Below are positions 52,642-64,000 of a stretch of DNA of 64,000 nucleotides, piece after piece; within the stretch, counting starts at the first letter, position 1, and the number at the start of each line of letters is the position of its first letter. The notes beneath the pieces were generated by a model that saw only the letters and a list, made by a program, of their open reading frames with translations, searched no databases and had not been told where the DNA came from. Made by a program: the position numbers and the translations under genes. The DNA is from Stegostoma tigrinum (taxonomy: Eukaryota): the NCBI RefSeq assembly GCF_030684315.1, contig NC_081371.1, positions 12,035,441-12,099,440 of the forward strand, in the 5' to 3' direction.

Positions 52642-53059
52642 CTGAGTTAATGAGAGTGATGGATAGTCTGCATCAGACATGGCTGATCTCTTCTTAATCA
52701 GAACAGTGGTCATCGAACTTCCTCAATTTGTGTCCTTACCCCAGTTTTCCTCCTCTTTTCATCTTTGAACACCTTGCCTTGTAATTCCATGCCCAGATTT
52801 CCCTTAATCTGTATTTTAATTTCCGCAGCCTAGAAAAGGTCTGAAGTCATGAATGATGCGCTATGGGACTGTGTTTCCATCCGTATCATTGATCCTCAAA
52901 CGCTTTGCAGGGTCCAGTTCGTTTACCACATTAGTCATTGTCAGGCTTTTTCCTCTGCTCAGAATTCAGGGCAACAGCAATCCATGTATTCTAATGTTAC
53001 CTGTATGTTCAAAACAAGAGAAGTGCCACCAATGAGCAGTTTTACACATCACATCATAT

Positions 53060-55340
53060 GAACACTGTTCTGCCATTCAGTAAGATCATAGCCGATCTGT
53101 TTGTTTTGAATTCCACACTCCGAGCTATTGCCAATTAACTCTGTACCCCTTGGCTAACAAGGATCCCTCTACCTCTGTCTTAAAAATACTCAGTGAATCT
53201 ACCTCCACCACTTTCTGAGGCAGACTATTCCAAGTCACGCCACCTATGGAGAGAAAAGCTCATCATTAGCTATAGGCAGAGGTTGGAGAGACTTGGGTTG
53301 TTCTTGCTGGGTGACAGAGGTTTTGGGAGGCGGGGGGGGGGGATCCTGATGGAGGTCTACAGAATTGTTGGGGGCGTGGATGTTCGAGGGCTTTTTCCCA
53401 GGGTGTAAGAGTCAGTTGCCGGGGCCCATAGGTTTGGGGAGTGCGGGGTGGGGTTTGGGGGTGATGTACGGGGTGGATTTTTGCGCGGAGGGTGGTGGGT
53501 GTCTGGAACTCGCTGCCAGAGGAGGTGGTGGAAGAAGATACGATAGTAACTTTTAAAGGGCATCTTGACAAATATATGAATAGGATGGGAATAGAGGGGT
53601 ATGGTTTCCAGAAGTGTAGGGTGTTTTAATTGTGACGGGCAGCATGTTGTGCAGGCTTGGAGGGCCGAAGGGCCTGTTCCTGTGCTGCAATTATCTTTGT
53701 TCTTGTTCTTTTCCTCATTTTTGTCCTGAAGTGGCAACCCTTCATTTTAAAACCATATTTCCTAGCTCCGGACGGTCCTGCATCAGGAAGCATCCTTTCC
53801 ACATCCGCCTTATCAAGACCATTCCGGATCTTCTGCACTTTCATCAAGTCACCCCTAACTCTTCTAAACATCAGCGGAAACAAGCCTAGCCTGTCCAGCC
53901 TATCCTGTTAAGACAGCCACACATTCTAGGTATCAATTTGGTAAATTGTCTCTGTGTCACCTGCAATAAATTTACATCCTTTCATTAAATAAGGAGATAT
54001 AAGGCTATTCACATGGTGTAGAGGTAGTGTCCCTACTCCTGGACCAGGAAGCCTGGGATCAAATTCCAACTGCTCCAGAGGTGTGTAATAACATCTCTGG
54101 AACAGATTGATTACAAAATGAAAAATAAGGAGACCTAAACTGTGCACAATATTTGAGGTGTAATTTCACTGCTCTTCTGTATAAATGAAGCACAGCATGC
54201 TTACTTTGTGTTCAGTTGTCCTCATACCAAAGGATAGCATCCCATAGCCTGCTTTATCACCTGCCATATCTGCATGCTATGTCCTTGTGACTCACATTAG
54301 ACTACCTAAACCCCTCCACCTCAGAATTTTGTGAATCTTCTCCATATAAGTAACATGCTGCTTTAGCAGCAGCATTGCATCTACTTAAACATTAACAACT
54401 TATCCTAGGACACTAAGGTGAAGGACCTGGAGACTAGTCTGACCTCTATTCCTTCAGTTTGCTTACCATAAAATCCCTTGTGGTTGTAATTTTCCCAGAT
54501 TCCTCTCTCCCTTTCATCTCCTGATTTATGGCTACTACTAGAGCATTTTTTTTGTATCCTCTAAAGTGAAGACAGGAGCTAAATATTTGCTCATTTCATC
54601 TAACATTTCCATATGATCCACTAATCATCCTGTTCTCACCCTGTCATGGACCACCACTCATTTTACCTACGCATTTTCTTTTTTGAATACCCGTAAAAGC
54701 TCTTTCCTATCTGTTTTTACATTCCTAGCTAACTTCCTGTAATACTCTTTCTTTCACTTGCTAACCTTTTAGTCGTCCTCTGTTCTTTTATCAAATATTT
54801 TTTAATCAAGCATTTCAACATTTTGCAGCAGGTGAAACTTGAACCAAAACAGCCCTCTGCCTTTCTTTTATATTCTGACCAATCTGACCTGCCACTTGTC
54901 TTTGTGCAGTTTTGTGCTCTTTCTGTAATTTTTGATGTTTTTCCAAACTTCTTCAGTTGATCATGAATAGAGCATCCTGCCTTTAGAATTTTTGTTTACA
55001 TTACATTAGGTATATACATATTCTGAAATATTCTATTAAACGTCTGCACTGCTTTTCCAATGATCTATCCCATAACCTGATACATTAGCTCAGCTTTCAT
55101 GACTATAGTTCCCCTTTAACCTAGGTTTAATGTACCATATTCAATGCAGCCTTCACCCTTTCAAAACTGGATGTCAAATTTATCATATTGTAATTGCAGC
55201 TAACTAAGTATGCCTTAACTCTGGGGTCATTCATTAATCTCATCAGTGCCATGTCTTGTATAACCTGCTGTCTGGTCAGTTCCAGAAGTTCGTGCTCTCG
55301 GAAGCTGTCTCGAAGGCGCTCTGTGAACTCCTCATGCAGT
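53060..55340 (-). mobile_element. Decayed CR1 (-) with a nested + strand CR1 3' end (about 53265-53710) and a short tRNA-SINE (about 54008-54120)
   Basis: Host: FRRVRGDLMKVQKI, endonuclease remnants near 55130-55340. Insert: RLERLGLF...gggccgaagggcctgttcctgtgctg with a (ttcttg) tail. Confidence 0.75.
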
Positions 55341-57799
55341 CTATTACTGTCAGTCTTATATTCAGAGCAATGTCTCTGCCAAGGCACCTCCATACTTGCC
55401 CCTGACCTCACCACAAACATCCTGACCACCAACACCCACCATCCATACAGTTGAAAAAGGAGCACAAATTGGGTTTGCAATATTAACTACATAATTAACA
55501 AAGAATTTGACATCATTCAGCCTTTGGGCCTTGCTCATTTTAACATAGTCAAAATGAACAATCTGTTGGATATTGAGTATTTTGTCACTGTCACTTTTCC
55601 CGTTGTTCTTCCAGGTTGTGACACCCGTATGTCAGATATGGAGTGAATTTGTAATAGGACACTGGACGGCTCAACTTTTAAAACTAGTTTCCAGCAATCA
55701 CGTTTAAACAGGTCAGGCTTCATAAAGCAGATTATAGTAGTCTTGGAGAAGTCAAAGCAGGACCTATACAGAGGTTCTGTCAAAATGTTTCAATACTAGT
55801 TAACAGGCCTGACTCTTGCACCCCTTGAACCAACAGCTCAGGGTATTTTTTTAACCAAGGTGGAGTTGATAAAATGGGATATGTTCTCCGAGTTGAGCTA
55901 CACACCTCAGGAGTCAGCTTCTGCATGTAGCCTGTCCTACACTCAGCTCTACTGGTTGCCAGAACTGTACACTGTATCTAAATGTGGTCGCCTGATTGCT
56001 TTTCTCATTTTGTGAAGAAATTCTGCCACGGTATTGATCTTTTTAATACACCCCAGTGTATTTATTTCATACCCTGCCACCAAAACCTGGTTACAACAGC
56101 ATTGTTTTATTGTCAATTCGGACCGTCAGACCAAAGAAAAATCTGTGATTTGATTGGTCACCCTCTAACAGTGTGTAGCCTCATTCCCAAACTCTTCAAA
56201 CACAAAATGGGAACAGGGCAACCAAACTTCTTAAACACTGTCACAACCATGGAGCTTGAAGTCAAGCATTCAGGCAGAGTGTCATTGTGCTGGATTTATG
56301 CATCAGTACATAATCAAGAACTAAATCCACAGGGTGCTGTGAGGAGAGCTCAAGAGGAACGTTTGGAATGCTCTGAGCCACAGTTCTCTGAAGCAGAGCA
56401 AATCTGTTTTACGTGCATATTTTGAGTTTAGACAGGATTAGGAGTCAATTGGATTGAAGAATATGAAACTAGGCAGGGCCACTTTGCAGCTAATTAGGGA
56501 TCAGCCAAGCCTGTGGATTCAATGTTTCCAAATTGAAGTGTCATTTAAACCCATGGAAAGCAGTGGGCTGTGGTTATTGCAATATTTCAAGGCTAAACAA
56601 TAGAATAATACAAAATAATGTTGTCTCCAGTTTCACAATTGGATTTGTATTCCATCAAATTCATTCTCGTTTGGTTTAATATTCAACTTAGTTATGCACA
56701 ATATGTTCACTATTTAATCTGTCCTCAAATTCCTTTTGATTGAATGATTTTATTGTTACCTGTGTTTGGGAAAATAAGTAAAATGTGTTTTGATGCCACA
56801 GTTTGGTGCCATTTTGGATTACAAAATGAATAAAAAGACTCTACTGAAGCTGACCTTCATCTTCTGTTCAATTGAAATATAAGAAATACTGTTCAACTTT
56901 ACAGCTCTCCTTGTCAAGCATGGCTCCAGGTTTTCTTAAGGTCCCTGGGGTTTCTATAATAAGTCTGGTCTCCGGTCCCTAATGAGTCCCTGCCTCTGCT
57001 ACTGCCGCTTCGCCCGTATCACCAGGAGTCCCTGCTCTAGGCCTACCGCAGCCATGAACCACCGCTGCAGCTGCTGCCTTCACCGTGAGTCCTGCTCCAA
57101 ACTCCACCGCAATGACACCTCCTCTGCCAACAAGAAAAGCATAAAGAAAAAGACAAAAAGGAAAGAGAAAGAAGGATAGGGCCAACCTGGAGCAGATAGG
57201 TTGAGGAGTCCAGGCACTACCTGCCTTGCTGGTGCCACCATCATGGTGGTTCTGTTTTGTGCCTCTTGACACTGATTACTTGAATGTTTTTGCTTCTAAA
57301 TGATTTAAATGACAACAAAGCTGGAATGTTGTAAATCACCTATTGAAATAGCTTATGGCTAACAAACTTCTGTATTTGGTTTTGCTGTCCATTGGCTGTA
57401 ATCAGGACGTGTTGCAGAGAGCGGAATTTCCAAAACTGTTTACGCTGGTGATTAGTCTTAAAACATTTTTTTCAAAAATCAGCATATTCAGTTGTAGAAA
57501 TCAAGTTTGAATTGCATTATTAACTACTCAAACAAATTTCTGTAAGACCAGCATCGCAATGCAACTGGTGGGATTTTGAACATGACTGGTAAACTCAGAC
57601 TAGTTTTCAGTTCTAATTAAGTGATGCTGCTATAAAACAATAGCTGTCTTTAAAAACCTCCCTGGTTCACTGGTGGCCCTTAGGCCATCCTTACCTGGTG
57701 TGACCTACATGTGAGTCCAGATCCACAGCAATTTGGTTCATTCTGCCCACTGTAATGCCCAAGCAAACCACTCAGATATACCAAACTACTATAGAAAAG

Positions 57800-59140
57800 T
57801 CAGAAAGGAGTAAAACTAGACAGAACTCCTGCTGTTGACTTGGACATGGTAAATGGCAATGGCACAGCCAAGCCTCTTAATACTGCAGAGTTTTTCCTTA
57901 TTAATCTCTGGGCCTTGTGCCAAAATTGGGAGAGCTGTCTCACAGACTACTCAAGCAACAGCCTGACGTAGTTATATTCACAGAATTGTAATTTAATGAC
58001 CATGTCAAAGACACAATCTCTCTCTCTCCAGATATTTCCTTTCTCATTGGGAGAACAGACCAATTAGAAGTGTCATACAGTGATATACAGTTGGAAGGAG
58101 TTAGCCCTGGAAGTTCTCGATATTTGACTTTAAACAACAACAACTTCCAGTCAAACAAGAGCCAAGAAATCTCCGGATTTGTTACTAACTGCCCTCCCTC
58201 ACTTTCTACAATCAGTAATGACCCATGTTGAACAGCAATTTGAGGAAGTACTGAGGGTGACAAGATGGAAGAACTTTATGAAAATTTTCTCACCTATTGA
58301 GATAGCAGGTGAGTCTTAAAAGAGATATGTGCCAGACTGGATCCACAGCATATACTAGGGAAACTAACAAAAGGAAAAACACATTTGAATTTACCCTCAC
58401 CAAGAGTGGCAAGAGTGACCCCTGCACAGTCCCTTTGGAGACAGAGTTCCATCTTCACATTGAGGATTATGTTGGGTGGCAGGACTTTAGTGCCAAATGA
58501 AATAAATTTGGAACCAATCCAGCAGCTCAAAACTGAACATCTATGAGGTTCTGTGGGTCTTCAATAGCAGCAGAGTTGTATTCACACAGAATCTGTAACT
58601 TTTGCTTGGCATATCTGCTTTCTCTACCATCACTTAATCTCATGGTTTAATGGTAAAGATAGGTTGAGTGGAGACTGCAGGAGTCAACAATATGCAAGAA
58701 TCTAAACACTATCCAGGACGTATTAGTCCATTTGATCGGATGCCCACCCACCAACTTAAAGTTCACTCCCTCCATCACAAATTGCACAGTGGCGTTAATG
58801 TATTATATACAATATGCAGTGCACCAACTTACCAAGACTCCTTTAGAATCACCTCCCAAACTGGTGGTCTACCACCTAGAAGAAAAAGGATAGTAGACAT
58901 TTGGAAAAGCCATCGCCTCCAGGTGCCACACTTAAGCCCCACACCACCTGACTTGGATATTTTTGCAGTTCCTTCACAGCTGAATAAAATCCTGAAACTC
59001 TTTTCCTAAAATGATTGTGTCTATAACAGGTGGATTGCAATAGTTGAAGAAATTTGCTCACCAGCACCTTCTCAAGGGAAATTAAGAATGGGCAACAAAT
59101 GCTGAACTAGCCACTAATAGCCATGTTCCATACAAGAATT
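57800..59140 (+). mobile_element. Fragmented L2/CR1-type LINE
   Basis: ccaaaattgggagagctgtctcacagacta (also at about 1967), ttcactccctccatcac, and 3' tail ctcaccagcaccttctcaagggaaattaagaatgggcaacaaatgctg. Confidence 0.6.
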
Positions 59141-59619
59141 TATAAAGTAAATTGTACAATTTACCTGCCGTGGAAGTTTTAAAATTAATTAATACTTAGT
59201 TGGAGACTTTTCCTCCCAGAAACTTGTCTTTAGACTTGAATTTTGTATTTGTATAAAGTTGAACCAATCTTGCAAGAGAAAATAAAGTGCTATATTTTCA
59301 TATTCCACTGTATGATTGTGAAAAGAAAGAGGGGAAGACAAATGTCCGTCTGAAACTGAAGAGTTTGCATCGAGTTCCTGTGTCATTTGTAACTGTACTT
59401 ACATCAGTTATCATCACAAATCTGAGACTCATGATTGATATTCAACTTAAAATGCATTTGTTGTGTGCAGTCACTTTAGTATTTTTTATGTGGATGTGTG
59501 TAGTATAAGACTGATACATAGTGTTCCTGGCTGCTGCATAACTTGCTGGGAATATTAGTCTGGATGCCAGTGACAACGCAAATGTTAGATTTCAGTTGAT
59601 GTGGTAGGTTTTCTTTTAA

Positions 59620-59878
59620 TTTATTCATGGAATGAGGAGTTGCTGGTGACGCCAGCACTTATTACACATCCCTAATAGTTAAAAGCTAACCACATTGCTG
59701 TGTGTCTGGAGTCACATGTTGGCCAGACCAGGTAAGGATGACACTTTCCTTCCATGACTGGCATTAAATGAACCAGGTAGGTCAGCATTAGATTGCTAAT
59801 TTCAGATGTTTAATGAAATTCAAATTCTGCCATCCACCATAGCATGGTTTGAGGATGGGTCCCAGGGCATTACCTGAA
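59620..59878 (-). mobile_element. 5'-truncated shark tRNA-SINE abutting the telomeric array
   Basis: Reverse complement of the 16842-17270 family (ccacattgctgtgtgtctggagtcacatgttggccagaccaggtaagg); the head is cut at gggcattacctgaac. Confidence 0.8.
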
Positions 59879-62365
59879 CACTAACCCTAACCCTAACACT
59901 GACCCTAACCTAACCTGAATGGTAAATCTAACCCTAACCCTAATCCTCACCCTAGCCCTAACCCTAACCTTCATGCTAACCTCATTCTAATACTAACACT
60001 AGCCCTAACCGTAAACCTTATCATAACCCTAATCCTAATCATAACCCTAACCCGAACCCTATCCATCACAGCTGCGTTTGAGGTCGGGTCCCAGAGCATG
60101 ACCCGAACACGAACCCTAGCCCTAACTCTAAGCCTAATCCTAACCCTCACCCTAATGCTCACACTAACCCTGACCCTAACCCAAACCCTCACTCTCAACC
60201 TAACTCAAACCCTGACCCTAACCCTAAACATAAACTGAAACCTAACCCGAACCGTAAACCTAACACTAACCCTAAACCTAAACCTTATCATAACCCTAAC
60301 ACTAACCCGAACCTTAACCCTAAACCTTATCATAATCCTAACACTAACCCTAATCATAACCCTAACCCGAACCCTAGCCCTAACCCTAACCCTATCCATC
60401 ACAGCTGGGTTTGAGGTTGGGTCCCAGAGCATGACCTGAACCCGAACGCTAGCCCTAACTCTAACCCTAATCCTAACGCTCAAACTAACCCTGACCCTAA
60501 CCCAAACCCTCACCTTCAACCTAACCCGAACTCTGACCCTAACCTGAACCCTAAACCTAACACTAACCCTAACCCTTATCATAACCCTAACCCGAGCCCT
60601 AAACCGAACGATAATGTGAACACTAACCCAATTCACCACAGCAGGGTTTGAAGTTGGATCCCAGAGCATGACCTAAACACAGCCGTAACCGTAAACCTAA
60701 CTCTAAACCTAATCCTCACCCTAACCCTAATCCTCACCGTAGCCCTAACCCTCACCCTCAACCTAACCGAATGATAACACTCATACTAACATTAACCCTA
60801 AACCTAAAGCAAACCCTAATTTTAACCTAAACCCTAAACCGAACCGTAACCCCAACCATAATGGTAACCCTAATATTAACCCTAAACCTCACCCTAACCC
60901 TAATGGTACACCTAACCCTAATCCTCGCCCTAACTCTAACACTCACCCTAATCTTAACCAAAACACTAAATCGAAGCCTACCCCTAACCAGCACCCTCAC
61001 CCTAACCCTAACACAAACCCTAAACTAACCCAAACCCTAAACCTAAACATAACACTAATCCTAACCCTAACCTTAACCCTAAACTTGAACTGAGCCCAAA
61101 CCTGAACCTGAACCCTAACCCTAACCGTAAGCCTAACCCAAACACTAAGCCTAACTCTAAACCTAATACATAACGCTCAACCTAACCCTCGCACTAACCC
61201 TAACCCTAACCTGAACACTAATCCTAACTCAAACCCTAACCATAACCCTAACCCCAAATCCAACCCTAACTCTAACCCTAACCCAAACCCAAACACTAAC
61301 TCTATCAGTAACCCTAATCATAAGCCTAACCCTATCCCTAACTGCAACACTAACCCTACCCTAAACCTAACGCTAACCCGAAACCTCACCCTAATGCTTA
61401 TCCCAATCCAAAACCTAACCCTAACACTAACCCTACCCCGAAAACTAATCCTGACTCATAATACAAACCCTAACCCTAACACTAGCCCTCACCCAAACCC
61501 TAATCTGAAGCCTAAACCTATCCCTAACACTAACCCTAATGCTAAACCTAACCCTAACCATAACCCTATGCATAGGCGGAACCTGAAACCTATGCCTAAC
61601 CCTAACCCAAATCGTAACCCTAAACCTAACCCTAACCCGAACTCTACCCAAAGCCTAACCCTAATCCTCACCCAAAACTTTACCCTAATCCTCAATCTAA
61701 CCCTAAACCACAACCGCACCCAACACTAACACTGACCCTAATGCAAACCCGAACCCTAAACCTAACATGAACCCTTACCCTCACCCTAACCCTAATCCTC
61801 ACTCTAACACTAACACTCGCCCTAAAATTCACAGTAACACGAATCCTAACCCTAACCCTAGCTATGACCTTAACCCAAACCCTAACCCTCATGGTAATCC
61901 TAATCCTAAACACAACTCTAACACTAACCCTAAACGTAATTCTAACTCTACGCTAACCCTACCCATAACAGTAACCTTAATCCTAACCCTACTTCGAACC
62001 CTATCCCTAACCCTTGCCTAAACCTAACCCTAACCCTCACCCTAACACTCACCTTAACCCTCATCTGAAACATAAACCTCACCCTCACCCAAACCCTCGC
62101 CCTAAACTTAACATTAACTCTAACCCTAATCCTAACAATAACCCTAACGCTAGACCTAACCCTAACCCTCACCCTAACCCAAACCCCAACTCCAACCCCA
62201 TCCCTAAACCTAACACTCACCCTAACCCCAAGACTAACCCTAACGTTAAACCTAACCATAATCCTAACCCTAACCGTAAGTCTAACCCTAACCTGAACGC
62301 TAACTCTAACCCTCAACCTAACCCTGATCCTAACTCTAATCCTAGTCCAAAATCTAACCCTAAAC
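59879..62365 (-). repeat. Degenerate interstitial telomeric-type array, (CCCTAA)n on + / (TTAGGG)n on -
   Basis: About 2.5 kb of hexamers ccctaa with variants cactaa, ccctca, cccgaa, acctaa, tcctaa. Confidence 0.95.
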
Positions 62366-64000
62366 TTTGCTTCAGCCCCTCTGTTACATGTACTCTGTTT
62401 CAGCCAATCTGCTAAACATACTTTCTTTCAGACCTTCTGTTTCTCACAGTCTGTTTCAGCCCCTTTGTTTCTGGCACTCTGCTTCAGCCACTCTGTTTCA
62501 GCTCCTCTGTTTGAGACCCTTTTTTTCTCACACTCTGTTTCAGACCCTCTGTTTCTCACACTCTGTTTTAGACCCTCTCTTTCCCACCCTCTGTTTCAGA
62601 CCACCTGTTTCTTGCACATTGTTTCAACACCTGAGTTTCACGTGCACAATTTTAGCTCCTCTCTTTTTTGCACTCGGTTTCTTGCACTCTGTTTCTCGCT
62701 CTCTGCTTCTTGCACTCTCTTTTTTGCACTCTGATTCAGACCCTCTGTTTCTCACACTCTGTTTCAGCCCCTCAGCTTCAGCCATTCTGTTTCTCTCACT
62801 CTGTTTCAACCCATCTGTTTCTCACACTCTGTTTCAGACCCTCTTTTTCTCGCACTCTGTTTCTTGCAAGCTGTTTCAACCCCTGAGTTTCACGCGCACA
62901 ATTTCAGCCCGTCCATTTCTCTCCCTCTGTTCCTCACACTCTCTTTCTACCCCTCCTCTTCTTGCACTCTGTTTCAGCCCCTGTCTTTCTCACACTCAGT
63001 TTCAGCCTCTCTATTTCTCACACTCTTTCAGCCGCACTGTTTCTCGCAATCTGTTACAGCCCATCTGTTGTTGCAGTCTGTTTCAGACCCTCTGTTTCTC
63101 ACACTCTGTTTCTCCCACTCTATTTTTGACCCTCCATTTCTAAAACACTGTTTCAACGCCTCTTTCTCGTACTTTTTTTTCGCACTCTGTTTCAGGCCCT
63201 CTCTTTCTCGCACTCTGTTTCAGCCCTTCTGTTTCTTGCCACAATTTCAGCCCCTCTGCTTCTCCGTCTCTGTTTCAGACCCTCTGTTTCTCACACTCTG
63301 TTACTGCCCCTCTGTTTCTCAGTCTCTGTTTCAGACCCTCTGTTTCTCACATTCTGTTCCTGCCCCTCCGTTTCTCACACTCTCTGTCAGTTGCACTGTT
63401 ACTCGCTATCTGTTACAGCCCATCTGTTTCAGACTCTCTCTTTCTCACACTGTTTCTCGCACTCTGTTTCAGACCTTCTGGTTCTAAAGCTCTGTTTCAG
63501 CCCCTTTCTTTCTCTCACTCTGTTTCAGCCCTTCTGTTTCTTGCATACAATTTCAGCCCCTCTGTTTCTCCCACTCTTTTTCTCAGTCCCTGTTTCAGCC
63601 CCTCTGTTTCTCACACTCTGTTTCAGAGGCTTTGTTTCTCGCATTCTGTTTCAGCTCCTCTGTTTCTTGTACTCTGTTTCATCCCCTCCATTACTCACGC
63701 ACAATTGCAGCCACTCTGTTTTTTGCATTCTGTTTTAGCTTCTCTGTATCTCGTACTCTGTTTCTCGCACTCTGTTTCATCCCCTGTTTCTCACACACAA
63801 TTTCAGATGCTGTGTTTTTCGCACTCTGTTTCAGCCCCTCTCTCTCTCGCACTCTGTTTCTCGCATTGTTTCTTGCACTCTGTGTCTCGCACTCTGTTTC
63901 AGCCCCTCTCCTTCTCGCACTGTTTCTCGCATTCTGTTTCTCATGCTCTGTGTCTTGCACTCTTTTTCAGCCCCTCTGAATCTTGCAATTTGTTTCAACC
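62366..64000 (+). repeat. Pyrimidine-rich 14-bp satellite (CTCTGTTTC + TCACA/AGCCC/AGACC/TCGCA)
   Basis: Recurrent ctctgtttc core at 14-bp spacing, often alternating ...tcaca and ...agMcc; runs off the window end. Confidence 0.92.

Noticed and set aside
55982-56425. 147-aa + strand ORF
   Set aside because: No recognisable domain or splice context; cannot be supported from sequence alone.
59833-60680. CRISPR-like repeat-spacer array
   Set aside because: Eukaryotic context; the repeats are SINE-derived, the spacers are 180-290 bp of telomeric hexamers, and there are no cas genes.
59879-62365. True chromosome end
   Set aside because: Wrong polarity for a right end, highly degenerate, and followed by more sequence.
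59971-63979. VR-, NP- and LF/SHS-rich ORFs
   Set aside because: Translations of telomeric hexamers and the 14-bp satellite.

Overview
Vertebrate genomic DNA, most likely from a shark (inferred from the HE1-type SINE, CR1 and Penelope repeat families). The window opens with the last two coding exons and 3' UTR of a synaptophysin-family gene, best read as SYPL1 (+ strand, 861-1049 and 4782-4913). The remainder is mostly repeats: many CR1 LINE fragments, tRNA-derived SINEs, a decayed Harbinger-like DNA transposon, and many Penelope-like element (PLE) insertions. The PLE insertions are fold-back palindromes from about 160 bp to 5 kb, several with target-site duplications (TSDs) and minimal hammerhead-ribozyme motifs. 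The 5-kb one keeps a 629-codon RT + GIY-YIG open frame. A chain of small canonical minus-strand exon candidates (down to 6 nt) suggests a possible cryptic gene or pseudogene. The window ends in a degenerate interstitial (CCCTAA)n array carrying re-amplified SINE-junction units, then a pyrimidine-rich 14-bp satellite. All calls are by eye; repeat boundaries are approximate unless a TSD is given.
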